A stretch of DNA of 64,000 nucleotides. It comes from Candidatus Hydrogenedentota bacterium (GTDB lineage Bacteria; Hydrogenedentota; Hydrogenedentia; Hydrogenedentales; SLHB01). The notes under the pieces are model-generated. The model was not told where the DNA came from, made no database searches, and was given only the letters and a program-made list of their open reading frames with translations. Location: assembly GCA_963674865.2 (NCBI GenBank), contig CAXXYE010000009.1, positions 1,024,001-1,088,000 of the forward strand. The letters run 5' to 3'. The position numbers and the translations under genes are program-made. This document shows positions 28,346-40,317 of this stretch, piece after piece. Numbering within the stretch: position 1 is the first letter of the stretch; every line of letters starts with the position of its first letter.

Positions 28346-29194
28346 ATGGCGTTGTTGATCTCGCTGACACTGCTCTGTTGTGTTCCAACAGGGCTGTTCA
28401 ATCTAGCTCCCTATGAGGAAGAACTGTGGGTGCCCTATAAGGAAGTGGACGGGGCACCCGTTACGCTGGATCTATACCTTCCCCGCTGGGCCGACGGGCC
28501 GCATCCGGTCGTGCTTTTCGTGCACGGCGGGGCGTGGAGGTTTCTCTCAAAGCGTGACTATCGCGATTACTGCAAGCGGTTGGCCTTCCGGGGGGTGGCT
28601 GCGGCAACCGTTGAGTTTCGGCGCAATCCTACCGTGGACGTGGGCGACCAAGTAGATGACGTTAAGGATGCCATCCGCTGGGTTCGTGCTCACGCTGAGG
28701 AATACGATATTGACCCGGATCGGATCGGGATCTTTGGCTCGAGTTCCGGCGCGCACTTGGTTTCTCTTGCCGTTATGGCCAGCGACGATGAATGGCGCGA
28801 CGGCGAGCCGCAGGAAGTGTCGAGCGCCGTCCAAGCCGCCGTTTATGTCTACGGCATGTACGACATGACGATGGACACGAGCGACTTGTACAAGGCGGTG
28901 ATAGGTATCTTCGCGGGACTCGGGCCCGATGCGGACATCGAGGAACTGCACCTGTATTCCTCGATTAACTACGTCGACGGCTCCGAGCCCCCGACGCTCA
29001 TTGTCCATGGCAAGGCCGACGTCATATGCCCGGAGGAACAAGCTAAGGACCTGGTTGCCGCACTCGACGAAGTCGGCGTCCCTGTCGACTACATGCCCGT
29101 GGCCGGCCAGAACCATGGATTCCTGCAGTACAAGCCTTTCCTACGCAGGCTGGTCTTCTCCAAAGCGGCGCGATTCTTCGACGAACACCTCTAA
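28346..29194 (+). CDS. Alpha/beta hydrolase (esterase/lipase, HGGxW type)
   Basis: LDLYLP, VHGGAW, GSSSGAHL nucleophile elbow, PTLIVHGKAD, NHGF. Confidence 0.9.
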   Translation: MALLISLTLLCCVPTGLFNLAPYEEELWVPYKEVDGAPVTLDLYLPRWADGPHPVVLFVHGGAWRFLSKRDYRDYCKRLAFRGVAAATVEFRRNPTVDVGDQVDDVKDAIRWVRAHAEEYDIDPDRIGIFGSSSGAHLVSLAVMASDDEWRDGEPQEVSSAVQAAVYVYGMYDMTMDTSDLYKAVIGIFAGLGPDADIEELHLYSSINYVDGSEPPTLIVHGKADVICPEEQAKDLVAALDEVGVPVDYMPVAGQNHGFLQYKPFLRRLVFSKAARFFDEHL

Positions 29195-29425
29195 TAGCCA
29201 GTCGCGTCGCCTCTTTCGCCCGCCCACCTACCCCGCTTTTCTCGCAGCCGCGTACCGAGACTGCACGCATGTCATGCGGAACGGGCGTATCTCAAGGGTC
29301 TGCCGCAAGGGAGTTTGGCAGATCGTCTCATGATTTCCTCGACGGCTTGTCGCCACCAAGCCCGTTCCCGTTGGACAGCAGGTGAGAAAAGCGGGGCGCA
29401 GACAACTACGTGTTAGATATTCGCG

Positions 29426-30790
29426 CTAGAGCGACGCCATAAACCTGATGTAAGTCTCGATTCCCCGGTAGAACGTGGGGAGGTGCTGCTTCTCATTGGG
29501 GCCATGGATGCCGTCGTCCGGCAGGCCGAATCCGAGCATCACTGAGTCGATGCCCAGCATGCGCTGGAGCGTGCCTACGATCGGCACGCTGCCGCCCTCG
29601 CGTTTGAATATCGGCTCCTTGCCGAAGACCTCGGAAAGCGCGCTCACGGCCGTGCGCATGTATCGTGAGTTGCGATCCATGATGGCGCCCGGGCCGCCCG
29701 CCAACTGGCGCACGCTCCACGTCACGGTATCCGGGGCATGCGCTTCGAGATACGCGTCAAGCTGTTCGCGCACCGCGAACTCGTCCTGGTCGGCCACGAG
29801 GCGCATCGAGATCTTCGCCATGGCCTTGGCGGGAATAACCGTCTTCGAGCCCTCTCCGGTGAAGCCGCCGTAGATGCCGTTGACCTCGAGCGTCGGCCTT
29901 GCTCCTGCGCGCTCCGTTGCCGTGTAGCCGGCTTCGCCCCAAAGGGCCGGCGTCTTGGCCAAGGCTTGCCATTTGACGTCCGAAAGATTCAGTGCCGCAA
30001 GGGCTTCCCGCTCCTCCGTGTCCAGGGAGCGCACCGAGTCGTAGAAGCCCGGCAGCGTCACGCGGCCCTGAGCATCATGCATGCCTGATAGAAGGTCGCA
30101 CAGGACCTGCGCCGGATTGTGGACCACGCCGCCGAAGGTGCCGGAATGGAGATCGTTGGCCGGCCCATGGACCTCGAGTTCGAAGTAGGCGAGGCCCCGC
30201 AAGGCGTAGACGATGGCCGGGAGGTCCGGGCCGAGAATGCCCGTATCGCAGTTGAGCACCACGTCCGCCTTCATGAGGTCGGCGTGCTCTTCGATGAACG
30301 GGACGAGATTGGGCGAGCCCATTTCCTCTTCGCCCTCCAGCAGGTACTTGAAATTGACGGGCAGTCCGCCTTGCGTCGCCAGGGCCTCCGCGGCCTTGAG
30401 CTGGGCCACGATTTGACTCTTCATATCCGATGCGCCCCGGGCGTAGATGTTGTCGTCCCGAATCGTCGGCTCGAAAGGGTCGGTGTCCCACGCGTCGATA
30501 GGATCAACCGGCTGGACGTCATAGTGGCCGTACACAAGGATAGTCGGCTTGCCCGGTGCTTCGAGACTCTCCGCGTAGACGACGGGATGCCCCGGCGTGG
30601 CCAGAATCTGCACGCGCTTCATGCCGATGGCTTCCAACTGATCCGCAAGCCACTTCGCCGCGCGTTCCACGTCCTGCTTGTTTTCGGGCAGCGTCGAGAT
30701 GCTCGGTATGGACAAGAATTCCTTCAGCTCCGCCAGGTAACGCTCTTCATTGGTGCGCACGTAATCCATCGCCGCGTCGATACTGGACAT
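29426..30790 (-). CDS. M20 family dipeptidase/amidohydrolase
   Basis: YGHYDVQP, ARGASDMK, EGEEEMGS, DLHSG, EGGSVP, IHGPNE. AGGAGG RBS before ATG 30790. Confidence 0.93.
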   Translation of the reverse strand: MSSIDAAMDYVRTNEERYLAELKEFLSIPSISTLPENKQDVERAAKWLADQLEAIGMKRVQILATPGHPVVYAESLEAPGKPTILVYGHYDVQPVDPIDAWDTDPFEPTIRDDNIYARGASDMKSQIVAQLKAAEALATQGGLPVNFKYLLEGEEEMGSPNLVPFIEEHADLMKADVVLNCDTGILGPDLPAIVYALRGLAYFELEVHGPANDLHSGTFGGVVHNPAQVLCDLLSGMHDAQGRVTLPGFYDSVRSLDTEEREALAALNLSDVKWQALAKTPALWGEAGYTATERAGARPTLEVNGIYGGFTGEGSKTVIPAKAMAKISMRLVADQDEFAVREQLDAYLEAHAPDTVTWSVRQLAGGPGAIMDRNSRYMRTAVSALSEVFGKEPIFKREGGSVPIVGTLQRMLGIDSVMLGFGLPDDGIHGPNEKQHLPTFYRGIETYIRFMASL

Positions 30791-30984
30791 ACTAATATTG
30801 CCTCCTGAATCCGTTGGAATTTCCCCTGATTCTAGCGAGATTCTCGGCCGTTTCCAACCAGCATCCACCGGGCGTTGACTTGGCCTGAATTACGCGGCTA
30901 GGGGGGCGGAGCGTTTGAGCTGTTACCGCGGAAAGACCTACAATCGTTTTCCGGCCGTGCTCTAGTGTACGGCGAACGAAGGGA

Positions 30985-31680
30985 ATGCCGTTTCGGATGG
31001 ATGAGACCCGCGATGCATACCGGCGGTTTCACGCCCGCCGCCACCGAATTCTCCTCGAGCTTCTAGCGGCCCACATGGCGGAGAAGGTCGAGCGGTGCCT
31101 GGACATCGGCGGCGGCGGCGACGTGGGCGATTTGGGTGCTACCATCCTCGATCGCTTCGCCGAGGAACTCCACGGACTCGACCTCGAAGGAGACGTCGAG
31201 CTCGGCCGGCGCAAGGGAGTGCTGGCCAAAGCGTGCGACGTCGATACCGAGTCCTTGCCTTACGAAGATGCGTTCTTCGACGCCGTGCTCTTCGCCTCCG
31301 TTATCGAGCACCTCTACAATCCGCGTCACGCCCTCACGGAGATAGCGCGCGTCACGAAGTCCGGCGGCCTGCTCGTTGTTGAAGCGCCGAGCGCCCTTGC
31401 CCTCGGCAGGCGCCTCGATGCTCTCGCCGGGCGGAACCCCTTTCAGTGGTTCAACCGCTACAACGCCATCGAAGGCAAGGTGCGTATGGAACACTGCTCC
31501 GTGTTCTACACGCCGGAAGAGGTCGAGGCGCTGCTCGCCCCCGATTTCGAGGTCGTCGAGCGCCGCTTCGGCATGCACAACCCGCCAGTGAATCCGATGA
31601 AGAAGCTGCTTCGCGAAGCGGCGTTCCGCCTCAATCAGCGTCTTGCCGACTGCTTCTTCGTCGTTGCCCGGCGCCGCTAG
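30985..31680 (+). CDS. Class I SAM-dependent methyltransferase
   Basis: CLDIGGGG, LPYEDAFFDAVLFASVIEHLYNP, EIARVTKSGGLLVV. Confidence 0.88.
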   Translation: MPFRMDETRDAYRRFHARRHRILLELLAAHMAEKVERCLDIGGGGDVGDLGATILDRFAEELHGLDLEGDVELGRRKGVLAKACDVDTESLPYEDAFFDAVLFASVIEHLYNPRHALTEIARVTKSGGLLVVEAPSALALGRRLDALAGRNPFQWFNRYNAIEGKVRMEHCSVFYTPEEVEALLAPDFEVVERRFGMHNPPVNPMKKLLREAAFRLNQRLADCFFVVARRR

Positions 31681-31780
31681 TTTCTCCCAAGCCCTTTATC
31701 TCGAGCCATTTGCATTTGGTTCAGGTGTGCCCCGGCGCGCGGGGAGAGCGTTTGAAACGGGCCGGGTGTAAAATGGAGTC

Positions 31781-31807
31781 GAACCTGCGCGGCTATTCGG
31801 TGTCTTA
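31781..31807 (+). promoter_or_regulatory. Putative ECF (sigmaE/AlgU-type) autoregulatory promoter
   Basis: GAACCT-N16-TCTTA, against the known consensus GAACTT-N16/17-TCTNA, directly upstream of an ECF sigma gene. Confidence 0.6.
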
Positions 31808-31858
31808 TTGATTGTAGGGAAGATACGGACAACGTCCCATGTGGACGGGAACAAGATC

Positions 31859-32461
31859 TTGGTCCTATTGAGAGAAGCGAGAGGGCACTCGGATGCCGGA
31901 CTCGTGGCAGAGTGCCGTAAGGGCGACACTTCGGCCTTCGACGAGCTTGTCCGGCGGTACAAGGACCGCGTCTACAACGTTGTCTATCGCTTCCTCGGAA
32001 ATCATGAGGACACGCTCGATGTGTCCCAGGAGGTTTTTGTCCGGGCCTATCGCGGCTTGGACGCCTTCAAAGGCGAGGCCAGAGTGTATACGTGGCTATA
32101 CAGCATCGCGGCTAACCTCGCCCGAAACCGGCTACGCGACGCCGGACGCAAAGGGCGGGACAAAGCCACCTCGCTGGAGAGTTTGCAGGCGGCCGCCCCC
32201 GGCTACGCCCAACACGCAACAGCCACCAGCCGGGATCCCGCGGCGGAGGCGCAGGAACACGAGTTGAACGAACTCCTTCAAGAGTGCCTCGATGAGTTGC
32301 CCGATCACTACCGTATGACGTTCGTACTGCGCACCGTCGAGGATCTGAGTTATGAAGAGATCGCCCGCGCCCTTGGATGCCCGCCGGGCACCGTGAAGTC
32401 GCGTTTGAATTTGGCAAGGAAGATGCTGCGCGAGCGATTGCAGGCACTGGCCGTGTTGTGA
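31859..32461 (+). CDS. ECF RNA polymerase sigma factor (RpoE/SigW-like)
   Basis: GDTSAFDELVRRY, DVSQEVFVRAYRGL, TWLYSIAAN, LSYEEIARALGCPPGTVKSRL. Start uncertain (31841 or 31859). Confidence 0.93.
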   Translation: MVLLREARGHSDAGLVAECRKGDTSAFDELVRRYKDRVYNVVYRFLGNHEDTLDVSQEVFVRAYRGLDAFKGEARVYTWLYSIAANLARNRLRDAGRKGRDKATSLESLQAAAPGYAQHATATSRDPAAEAQEHELNELLQECLDELPDHYRMTFVLRTVEDLSYEEIARALGCPPGTVKSRLNLARKMLRERLQALAVL

Positions 32462-32470
32462 GGAAGCGCC

Positions 32471-33796
32471 ATGGATTGCGCACAAACTAGAGAAGAGTTT
32501 TCGGCCCTGCTTGACGGCGAACTTGCGCCCGAGGTGCGGGCCGAGGTCGAGGCCCACCTCGCGGGGTGCTCGGAATGCCTCAGGCAGCTTGACGCCCTGA
32601 AGAAGGTGGACACGCTCTACCAGGCGCTGCCGGTTGAACACGCGCCCGAGGGCTTTGAGGGCCGCATCCGCGGCGTCGTGCAGCCACGGGTGGTGCGCTT
32701 CGGCCGTGCGCGTCACATTCGTCGGGCCATGTGGCCCATGTTGGCCGCGGCCGCGCTATTCGCGGTCGTCTGTGGCGTAGTGCTTCTGCAGCTTCGTCCC
32801 GCGCTTCCCGGCTACCAGGTGGCCAAGACCGCGGATTTGCACCGCAACGCGATGGTTGAGGCCGAGGAGCTCACCGAGCGGGCGGTTAACGATGAGTCTT
32901 CCGCGTCGGCTGAGAGCCCGGCCGCCCTGGATGCTGCCGTGAGCGGCGGGGGCCAAGTGCAAGGCGCTCGGGCCGGTGACACGGGCCATTTCGCCCGCCA
33001 GGCGCCCGAGATGGCCGTGGCGGTCAAGGCCGAGGAGCCGCGGGATGAATCTGCGCCCCAACCTCTTCCGCCTCTGAGGGATAAGGACGCGGACACGGGC
33101 TCGCCCACGCCACAGGCGCGTACCGCGATGGCGCCGCCTCCGCCGTCCTTCCAGACTCGCGGATTGAAGGCGTTGTCGGAACCAGATGCAGCAGCCGAGG
33201 AACGCATCGGCCACAAGCGAGCCCGAGGCATGTCCGAAGGCGGCAAGACGAAGATACAGAAGGCCGCGGGACGACTTGCGGCCACCGAGGGGACAGGCGT
33301 TTCCGAGGGTAAAGAGGAACTCGTCAGCCGGCCCGCTAGCATCTACTACTCAGACGTATTGGAGGCGCCCGTAGGGGATCGCGAGGGCGGGGCTGTGACG
33401 CCAAGCCCGACTTCAGAACCTGCCGAGCTCGCGTTCGGCGCTTCCCTACGTGAGGGCAATGAAGCCACTGAGAAGGCGACTCCTCTCCTAGGCGGGCCGT
33501 TTCGTAAGGAGGCCCCACCACAGGGGGCCGCCGCGAGTCCGGCTCCTGCTAAGGATGCTGAAGGGGCTACGAAGACTCTGGCAGGGCGTGAGTTCAGCCT
33601 TCGGGATGGAGTGTGGATTCAGAAGGAGTACAAGGCGCAGGTTGCGGTTGCTCTTGCCCGGGACTCAAAGACCCTCGCGTCGCTCTTGAAGAAGCATCCG
33701 GATCTGTCGCCGCTGAAGACTTGGCCCAAGCCGGTTGTCTTTCTCGTTGACAAGACGTGGTACCGGCTCTCCCCGCCCGCTCTCCAGAAGCCGTAG
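32471..33796 (+). CDS. Zinc-finger (HxxxCxxC) transmembrane anti-sigma factor
   Basis: SALLDGEL..HLAGCSEC, one TM helix, long low-complexity extracytoplasmic part. Begins 9 nt after the sigma gene. Confidence 0.88.
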   Translation: MDCAQTREEFSALLDGELAPEVRAEVEAHLAGCSECLRQLDALKKVDTLYQALPVEHAPEGFEGRIRGVVQPRVVRFGRARHIRRAMWPMLAAAALFAVVCGVVLLQLRPALPGYQVAKTADLHRNAMVEAEELTERAVNDESSASAESPAALDAAVSGGGQVQGARAGDTGHFARQAPEMAVAVKAEEPRDESAPQPLPPLRDKDADTGSPTPQARTAMAPPPPSFQTRGLKALSEPDAAAEERIGHKRARGMSEGGKTKIQKAAGRLAATEGTGVSEGKEELVSRPASIYYSDVLEAPVGDREGGAVTPSPTSEPAELAFGASLREGNEATEKATPLLGGPFRKEAPPQGAAASPAPAKDAEGATKTLAGREFSLRDGVWIQKEYKAQVAVALARDSKTLASLLKKHPDLSPLKTWPKPVVFLVDKTWYRLSPPALQKP

Positions 33797-33905
33797 GCCT
33801 TGCTTTCGCTTCGGCGCCCTTGGCGACTCCCTGCCAGAGCTTGCGGAAAGCCTCCCAATGTGCGACATTGTTTCTCAGGGCGGCAGCCGGATGGGAGAAG
33901 CCGCA

Positions 33906-34958
33906 ATGGCAATCTACCGGTTTACAGATTGGCGACTGGCTGAACACGATACCTACGGTATGGTGTATCGCCCCTCCTGGAAGACCTTGGCCGGACGCCT
34001 CACGGGGACGGCTTTGGCGGCGCTGCTCATTGCCGGCGCGTTCTACACTTACGGCCAGATGGGCGGCCTGATAGGCGGCCTCGCGCTGCAGGTGTTGTGG
34101 GGACTCACCGGCGTGTTGGCCCTGATTGGGATTCTCTTGCCGTTGAGCTGCCTGTGGAATCGCCTGTCGATCAGCGTGGACCCCTACGGGAATCTTGTCG
34201 TCCGGCAGATGGGCGCTGTGTTGCCTTCCAGCAGGGACTTTCCGCTCGGGCCTTTTAAGCGCATCGGGGTCTTCGTCCAGGAAGATATACGAGCCAGTCG
34301 CTACAGGCGCTATCGAGCCGGGTGGCGTTGGGTCGTGGTGTTGCTCGGGCCCGATGCGGAAAACGGCGTCCAGTTCTGGTCCTATTGGCAGAAGCACGAA
34401 CCGAGCGACTTCGGCCGGATCCCCGAAAAGGTGCAGGCATTTGTTTCGGGACTGTCCGCCCTGACGGGATTGGCCGCCGGCGAACAACAGGTTGTCAGAT
34501 CGCAAGGTCGCGGTGCGCGCCGCGGCTTGTCCGTGGCGCCGACCGTCGATGTTAGGTCCGGGGGAAAGATATATCACTCTCTCGACGAGATACCGCAGGC
34601 AATGCGCGCACGGGCGGAAGAGGCCATTGCCCGCGCCCGGCAGTCAGGTCCGGAGTCCGGCTTCTCAGGCGTGCACACCAGCCGCGTTATCACGGTGCAG
34701 GGCGCGGATGGCGCCACACACACGTATCACTCCCTCGACGAGATGCCGCCTGAGGAGCGCAGGCGTGTGGAGGGCATGATGGGAGAACGAGGTGTTCGCG
34801 CAAACGCCGGCGGTTTGCCTGCCTCCTCAGCGCATCACTCGATAACCTTCCGCGACCGCGAGGGGAATGTCCACAAGCACAACTCCGCAGAGGAAATGCC
34901 TCCCGAGGTCCGCGCCATCTACGAGCGCCTCCGGCGCACTCCTCCTCCGTCGCGTTAA
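33906..34958 (+). CDS. Hypothetical membrane protein with three C-terminal YHSLDEMPPE-type repeats
   Basis: Two TM helices, a soluble domain, then three related motifs. GGGAG RBS before ATG 33906. Confidence 0.7.
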   Translation: MAIYRFTDWRLAEHDTYGMVYRPSWKTLAGRLTGTALAALLIAGAFYTYGQMGGLIGGLALQVLWGLTGVLALIGILLPLSCLWNRLSISVDPYGNLVVRQMGAVLPSSRDFPLGPFKRIGVFVQEDIRASRYRRYRAGWRWVVVLLGPDAENGVQFWSYWQKHEPSDFGRIPEKVQAFVSGLSALTGLAAGEQQVVRSQGRGARRGLSVAPTVDVRSGGKIYHSLDEIPQAMRARAEEAIARARQSGPESGFSGVHTSRVITVQGADGATHTYHSLDEMPPEERRRVEGMMGERGVRANAGGLPASSAHHSITFRDREGNVHKHNSAEEMPPEVRAIYERLRRTPPPSR

Positions 34959-35018
34959 GGCCCCGGCGCTCTCGCCAATTCCCTCGATGCGCAGTGCAAG
35001 TCAGTGCTGCGGTTTGAT

Positions 35019-35048
35019 TTGACTATCCATGCGCCAAAATGGTATCTT
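35019..35048 (+). promoter_or_regulatory. Putative sigma70 promoter of rpsA
   Basis: TTGACT-N18-TATCTT with a TGn extension, about 60 nt upstream of the rpsA start. Confidence 0.55.
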
Positions 35049-35107
35049 CCTCGTTCTGTCGGCTTGGCCGACAAATCCCTACGAACAGGAGGCATACCGG
35101 AATACCC

Positions 35108-37195
35108 ATGGCAGATGAACTTGTGAACGAACAACCGGCGGTGGACGAGGCCGCCAATCAACCCGCAGCTACTGAGGATCTTACGGACGACGTGTCCCCG
35201 GAGGAGGAGATGGAAGAGTTCTCCCCCGAGGAGATGGAGGCCCTCTATGGGGAAACCATGCTCAACTTCCGCGAAGGTGAGGTCGTTAAAGGCCACATCG
35301 TGGAAGTGGGCTCCGACAGGGTCCTTGTAGACATCGGCTACAAGAGCGAAGGCGTTGTGCAAGTCGAGGAGTTCAGCGATCCATCGGCTTTGGTCGAGGG
35401 CGCTGAGTTCGACTTCTACATCCAGGAGCCTGAAGATGAGGAGGGCATGCCCGTCCTCAGCAAGATTAAGGCGGACCGGATCAAGAATTGGGCGCACATT
35501 CAAGAGATTTACGAGGAGGACGGCGTGGTTGAAGGCCGCATCGTCCGCCGCGTCAAAGGCGGGCTGAAAGTCGACATCGGCGTTGATGCCTTCATGCCGG
35601 CCAGTCAGCTCACATGGCGGCCCACGGGCGATCTCGATCGTTACATCGGTAGAACGATGGAGATGAAGATCATCAAGCTCACCAAGCGCCGCCGGAATGT
35701 GGTGGTAAGCCGCCGCAAGCTTATCGAGGAGCAACGCGCCGGCGAGAAGAAGCGCTTGCTCGAAACCATCGAGATCGGGAAGCGGCTTCGGGGCGAAGTC
35801 AAGAATATCACCGATTTCGGCGCGTTCGTGGACGTGGGCGGCATCGACGGTTTGCTGCACGTAACCGACATGTCCTGGGGCCGCGTGAAACATCCGTCCC
35901 AGGCGGTGTCCGTTGGCCAGCAGATCGAAGTCGTCGTACTCAACTTCGACCCTCGCACCGAGCGAATCAGCCTCGGATTGAAGCAGAAGACGGAGAATCC
36001 CTGGAGGACCGCCGGGCAACGCTACGCCATAGGCGGCGTGATTCGCGGGCGCGTCGTGAGCATGACGGATTACGGCGCTTTCGTGCAGCTTGAAGAAGGC
36101 ATCGAAGGCATGGTGCACGTAAGCGAGATGAGCTGGACCCATCGTGTCCGCCATCCCAACGAGCTGCTCGAACTCGACCAGGAAGTCGACATCATGGTTC
36201 TCAGCGTCGATCAGGAAGCTGAGAAGATCGCCCTGGGCATCAAACAGACGCAACCCAATCCGTGGTCGCAGATTGCCGAGCGCTATCCCGTGGGCTCCAC
36301 GGTGAAGGGCCTCGTGCGCAACCTCACCGACTACGGCGCGTTCGTTCAGATCGAGGAGGGCATTGACGGCCTCCTTCACGTGAGCGACATGTCATGGACG
36401 AAGAAGGTAACGCACCCCTCTGAAGTCCTTGAGAAGGGCCAGGAGATGGAGGTCAAGATCCTCAGCATCGACCCCGTCAACGAGAAGATCAGCGTGGGAT
36501 TGAAGCAACTCGAGCGGGATCCTTGGCAGGAAATCGTCGACGCGATGCCGCTTGGCGCGCACGTCGAGGTGGAGATCTCCAAGCTCGTGAGTTTTGGCGC
36601 CTTTGCGCGGCTTGAAAGCGGCGTCGAGGGCCTGATCCATGTCAGCGAGCTTGCCGCCGAGCGCGTCAACAAGCCTGAGGAAGTGTTGTCCGTCGGCGAC
36701 AAGGTCATGGCTAAAGTCATCAGCATCGACCCGAATGAGCGCAAGATTGGCCTGAGCATTTCCGAGTTCAAGCGCGATCAGGAAGTCGAAGCGCAGACGC
36801 AGTACGCGGGAAGCGTGGGCGACGGCAAAGTCAGCATCGGCGAAGCCCTGGGGGGCGCCGTGCCGAAGTCGCTCGTCGAGGCGGGGCGCAGTCTTACCGA
36901 CGCCGCGAACGAGATGATGGCCGTGATTGCCCGAAACACCGCGGCGCAGGAGCCCGTTCAGGAAGCGCCCGCGGAGAGCGCACCGGCCGAGGCACCCCAA
37001 GCGGAGGCTCCGCCCGCGCCTGAGGAGCAGGCCCCGGCGGAGGTCCCGGCTGAGGCCCCGGCTGAGGCCCCTGCACAGCCCGAACCTGTCGCCGAAGAAG
37101 CCCCGGCCGCCGAGCCGGCCCAAGACGAGACGCCGACTTCCGAGGAAGCCCCGGCCGACGTCCCTGAGAGTGAGAAGCCGGCCGAGGGTAGTTGA
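35108..37195 (+). CDS. rpsA: 30S ribosomal protein S1 with Ala/Glu/Pro-rich C-terminal tail
   Basis: Six S1 domains (VLVDIGYKSEG, VKNITDFGAFVDVGGIDGLLHVTDMSW, etc.). AGGAGG RBS before ATG 35108. Confidence 0.97.
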   Translation: MADELVNEQPAVDEAANQPAATEDLTDDVSPEEEMEEFSPEEMEALYGETMLNFREGEVVKGHIVEVGSDRVLVDIGYKSEGVVQVEEFSDPSALVEGAEFDFYIQEPEDEEGMPVLSKIKADRIKNWAHIQEIYEEDGVVEGRIVRRVKGGLKVDIGVDAFMPASQLTWRPTGDLDRYIGRTMEMKIIKLTKRRRNVVVSRRKLIEEQRAGEKKRLLETIEIGKRLRGEVKNITDFGAFVDVGGIDGLLHVTDMSWGRVKHPSQAVSVGQQIEVVVLNFDPRTERISLGLKQKTENPWRTAGQRYAIGGVIRGRVVSMTDYGAFVQLEEGIEGMVHVSEMSWTHRVRHPNELLELDQEVDIMVLSVDQEAEKIALGIKQTQPNPWSQIAERYPVGSTVKGLVRNLTDYGAFVQIEEGIDGLLHVSDMSWTKKVTHPSEVLEKGQEMEVKILSIDPVNEKISVGLKQLERDPWQEIVDAMPLGAHVEVEISKLVSFGAFARLESGVEGLIHVSELAAERVNKPEEVLSVGDKVMAKVISIDPNERKIGLSISEFKRDQEVEAQTQYAGSVGDGKVSIGEALGGAVPKSLVEAGRSLTDAANEMMAVIARNTAAQEPVQEAPAESAPAEAPQAEAPPAPEEQAPAEVPAEAPAEAPAQPEPVAEEAPAAEPAQDETPTSEEAPADVPESEKPAEGS

Positions 37196-37217
37196 ACCGC
37201 GAAGCAAAGTATGACTG

Positions 37218-37248
37218 GAGCGCCGCCGACAGGCGGCGCTCTGTGTTT
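37218..37248 (+). terminator. Intrinsic terminator after rpsA
   Basis: GAGCGCCGCC-GACA-GGCGGCGCTC perfect 10-bp stem followed by TGTGTTT. Confidence 0.75.
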
Positions 37249-37302
37249 CGACAATAAGCCGTGAGGCAAGGAAGCTATCGACGCGAGGTCAGGAGCCGTC
37301 TA

Positions 37303-39141
<1,839 letters not shown>

Positions 39142-39166
39142 GGGCTGGGACGTCTTCCGAGGTGGA

Positions 39167-40225
39167 TTAAGTCTCCAGGGGGAAGGTGACTCGCCTGCCC
39201 TCACGCGCGGCGCGATAGGCTCCCAGCATCATCTCCACGGCCACGCGGCCGTCCTCCGCGGATGCCGGCGGCGGCGTCTCATTGAGCAGGCTGTCGATCC
39301 ATGGGCGCGGGACATTCCGGATGCGCACGCCTTGATCCGCCGGAATGGGCACGTCGAGGACCTCCCAGTCGGCCGCACCGTAGCGGAAGAGCTTCAAGGC
39401 AGGCCCGTCAGGACATCGCGGGACACCGCACGAAGGGCCGTCCCCGTAGTTCTGGATGAGCACGCCCTTTTCACCGTACACCTCCGTGGTGTTCTCACCG
39501 GCGTTCACCGTCGAGCTGTTGAAGAGGATTCCCATTTCGCCCTGGGAGAACCGGAAAACGGCCACGCCGTTGTCGTCCGGAGCGATGTCGGTGAGCACGT
39601 TATCGATCTCCGCGATCACGCTGGCCGGCTTGCCGAGTATCCAGTGGAACCAGTCGGCGGGATGCGTGGCGTCGTCCATGAACATCCCCATGTTCTTCTC
39701 GGCCTCAATGTGCCAATGCGTCGGGCCGTTGATGAAGGAATCCTGGAAGAGCACGCCGATGCAGTGCCGACGCCGGATCACGCCGATTCGCCCGAGGACG
39801 CCCGATTGGATAAGTTCGCGGATCGTGATGTTGGCGGGATCGTGGCGCATCTGGAACGCCATGGCCAACACCACACCCGCGCGCGCTGCTGCCTCGGACA
39901 TCCGATCGCAATCTTCGAGGCTCAACGCCATGGGCTTCTGGCAAAGGATGTGCTTGCCCGCCTGGGCCGCCGCGACGCATAACTCCGCGTGCCGGCTCGT
40001 CTCACTCCCCACAATCACCGCCTGCACGTCCGCGTCGTTGAGAACATCCTCGATGTGCGGACTGTAACGCATGCCCACGCCTGTGCAGGCAGCTTCGCCC
40101 CGGTGTTTATCGTCATCATAGCCGGCGACGAGCCGCACGTCCGCGAAGTCCTTCATCACGTTCGCATAGGCGCCCACGTGTCCGTGCGCGAAACTCAGTA
40201 TTCCAATGCCGATCGGTGCTTTCAT
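39167..40225 (-). CDS. Gfo/Idh/MocA family oxidoreductase (cytoplasmic)
   Basis: IGILSFAHGH, AGKHILCQKPMA, AFQMRHDP, GMFMDDATHPAD. No signal peptide. Confidence 0.9.
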   Translation of the reverse strand: MKAPIGIGILSFAHGHVGAYANVMKDFADVRLVAGYDDDKHRGEAACTGVGMRYSPHIEDVLNDADVQAVIVGSETSRHAELCVAAAQAGKHILCQKPMALSLEDCDRMSEAAARAGVVLAMAFQMRHDPANITIRELIQSGVLGRIGVIRRRHCIGVLFQDSFINGPTHWHIEAEKNMGMFMDDATHPADWFHWILGKPASVIAEIDNVLTDIAPDDNGVAVFRFSQGEMGILFNSSTVNAGENTTEVYGEKGVLIQNYGDGPSCGVPRCPDGPALKLFRYGAADWEVLDVPIPADQGVRIRNVPRPWIDSLLNETPPPASAEDGRVAVEMMLGAYRAAREGRRVTFPLET

Positions 40226-40317
40226 GCCGCTTTCCCTTTCTTTCCGGTGAATAACGGCACAAAAGTAGACGAAAAGGGCCCGATGTAGCAAGCGGCGACT
40301 CGGCGTTGTCTCGCGCC

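Noticed and set aside
34955..36379. 474-aa minus-strand ORF
   Set aside because: Antisense shadow of rpsA, a common result of strong codon bias in GC-rich genes.
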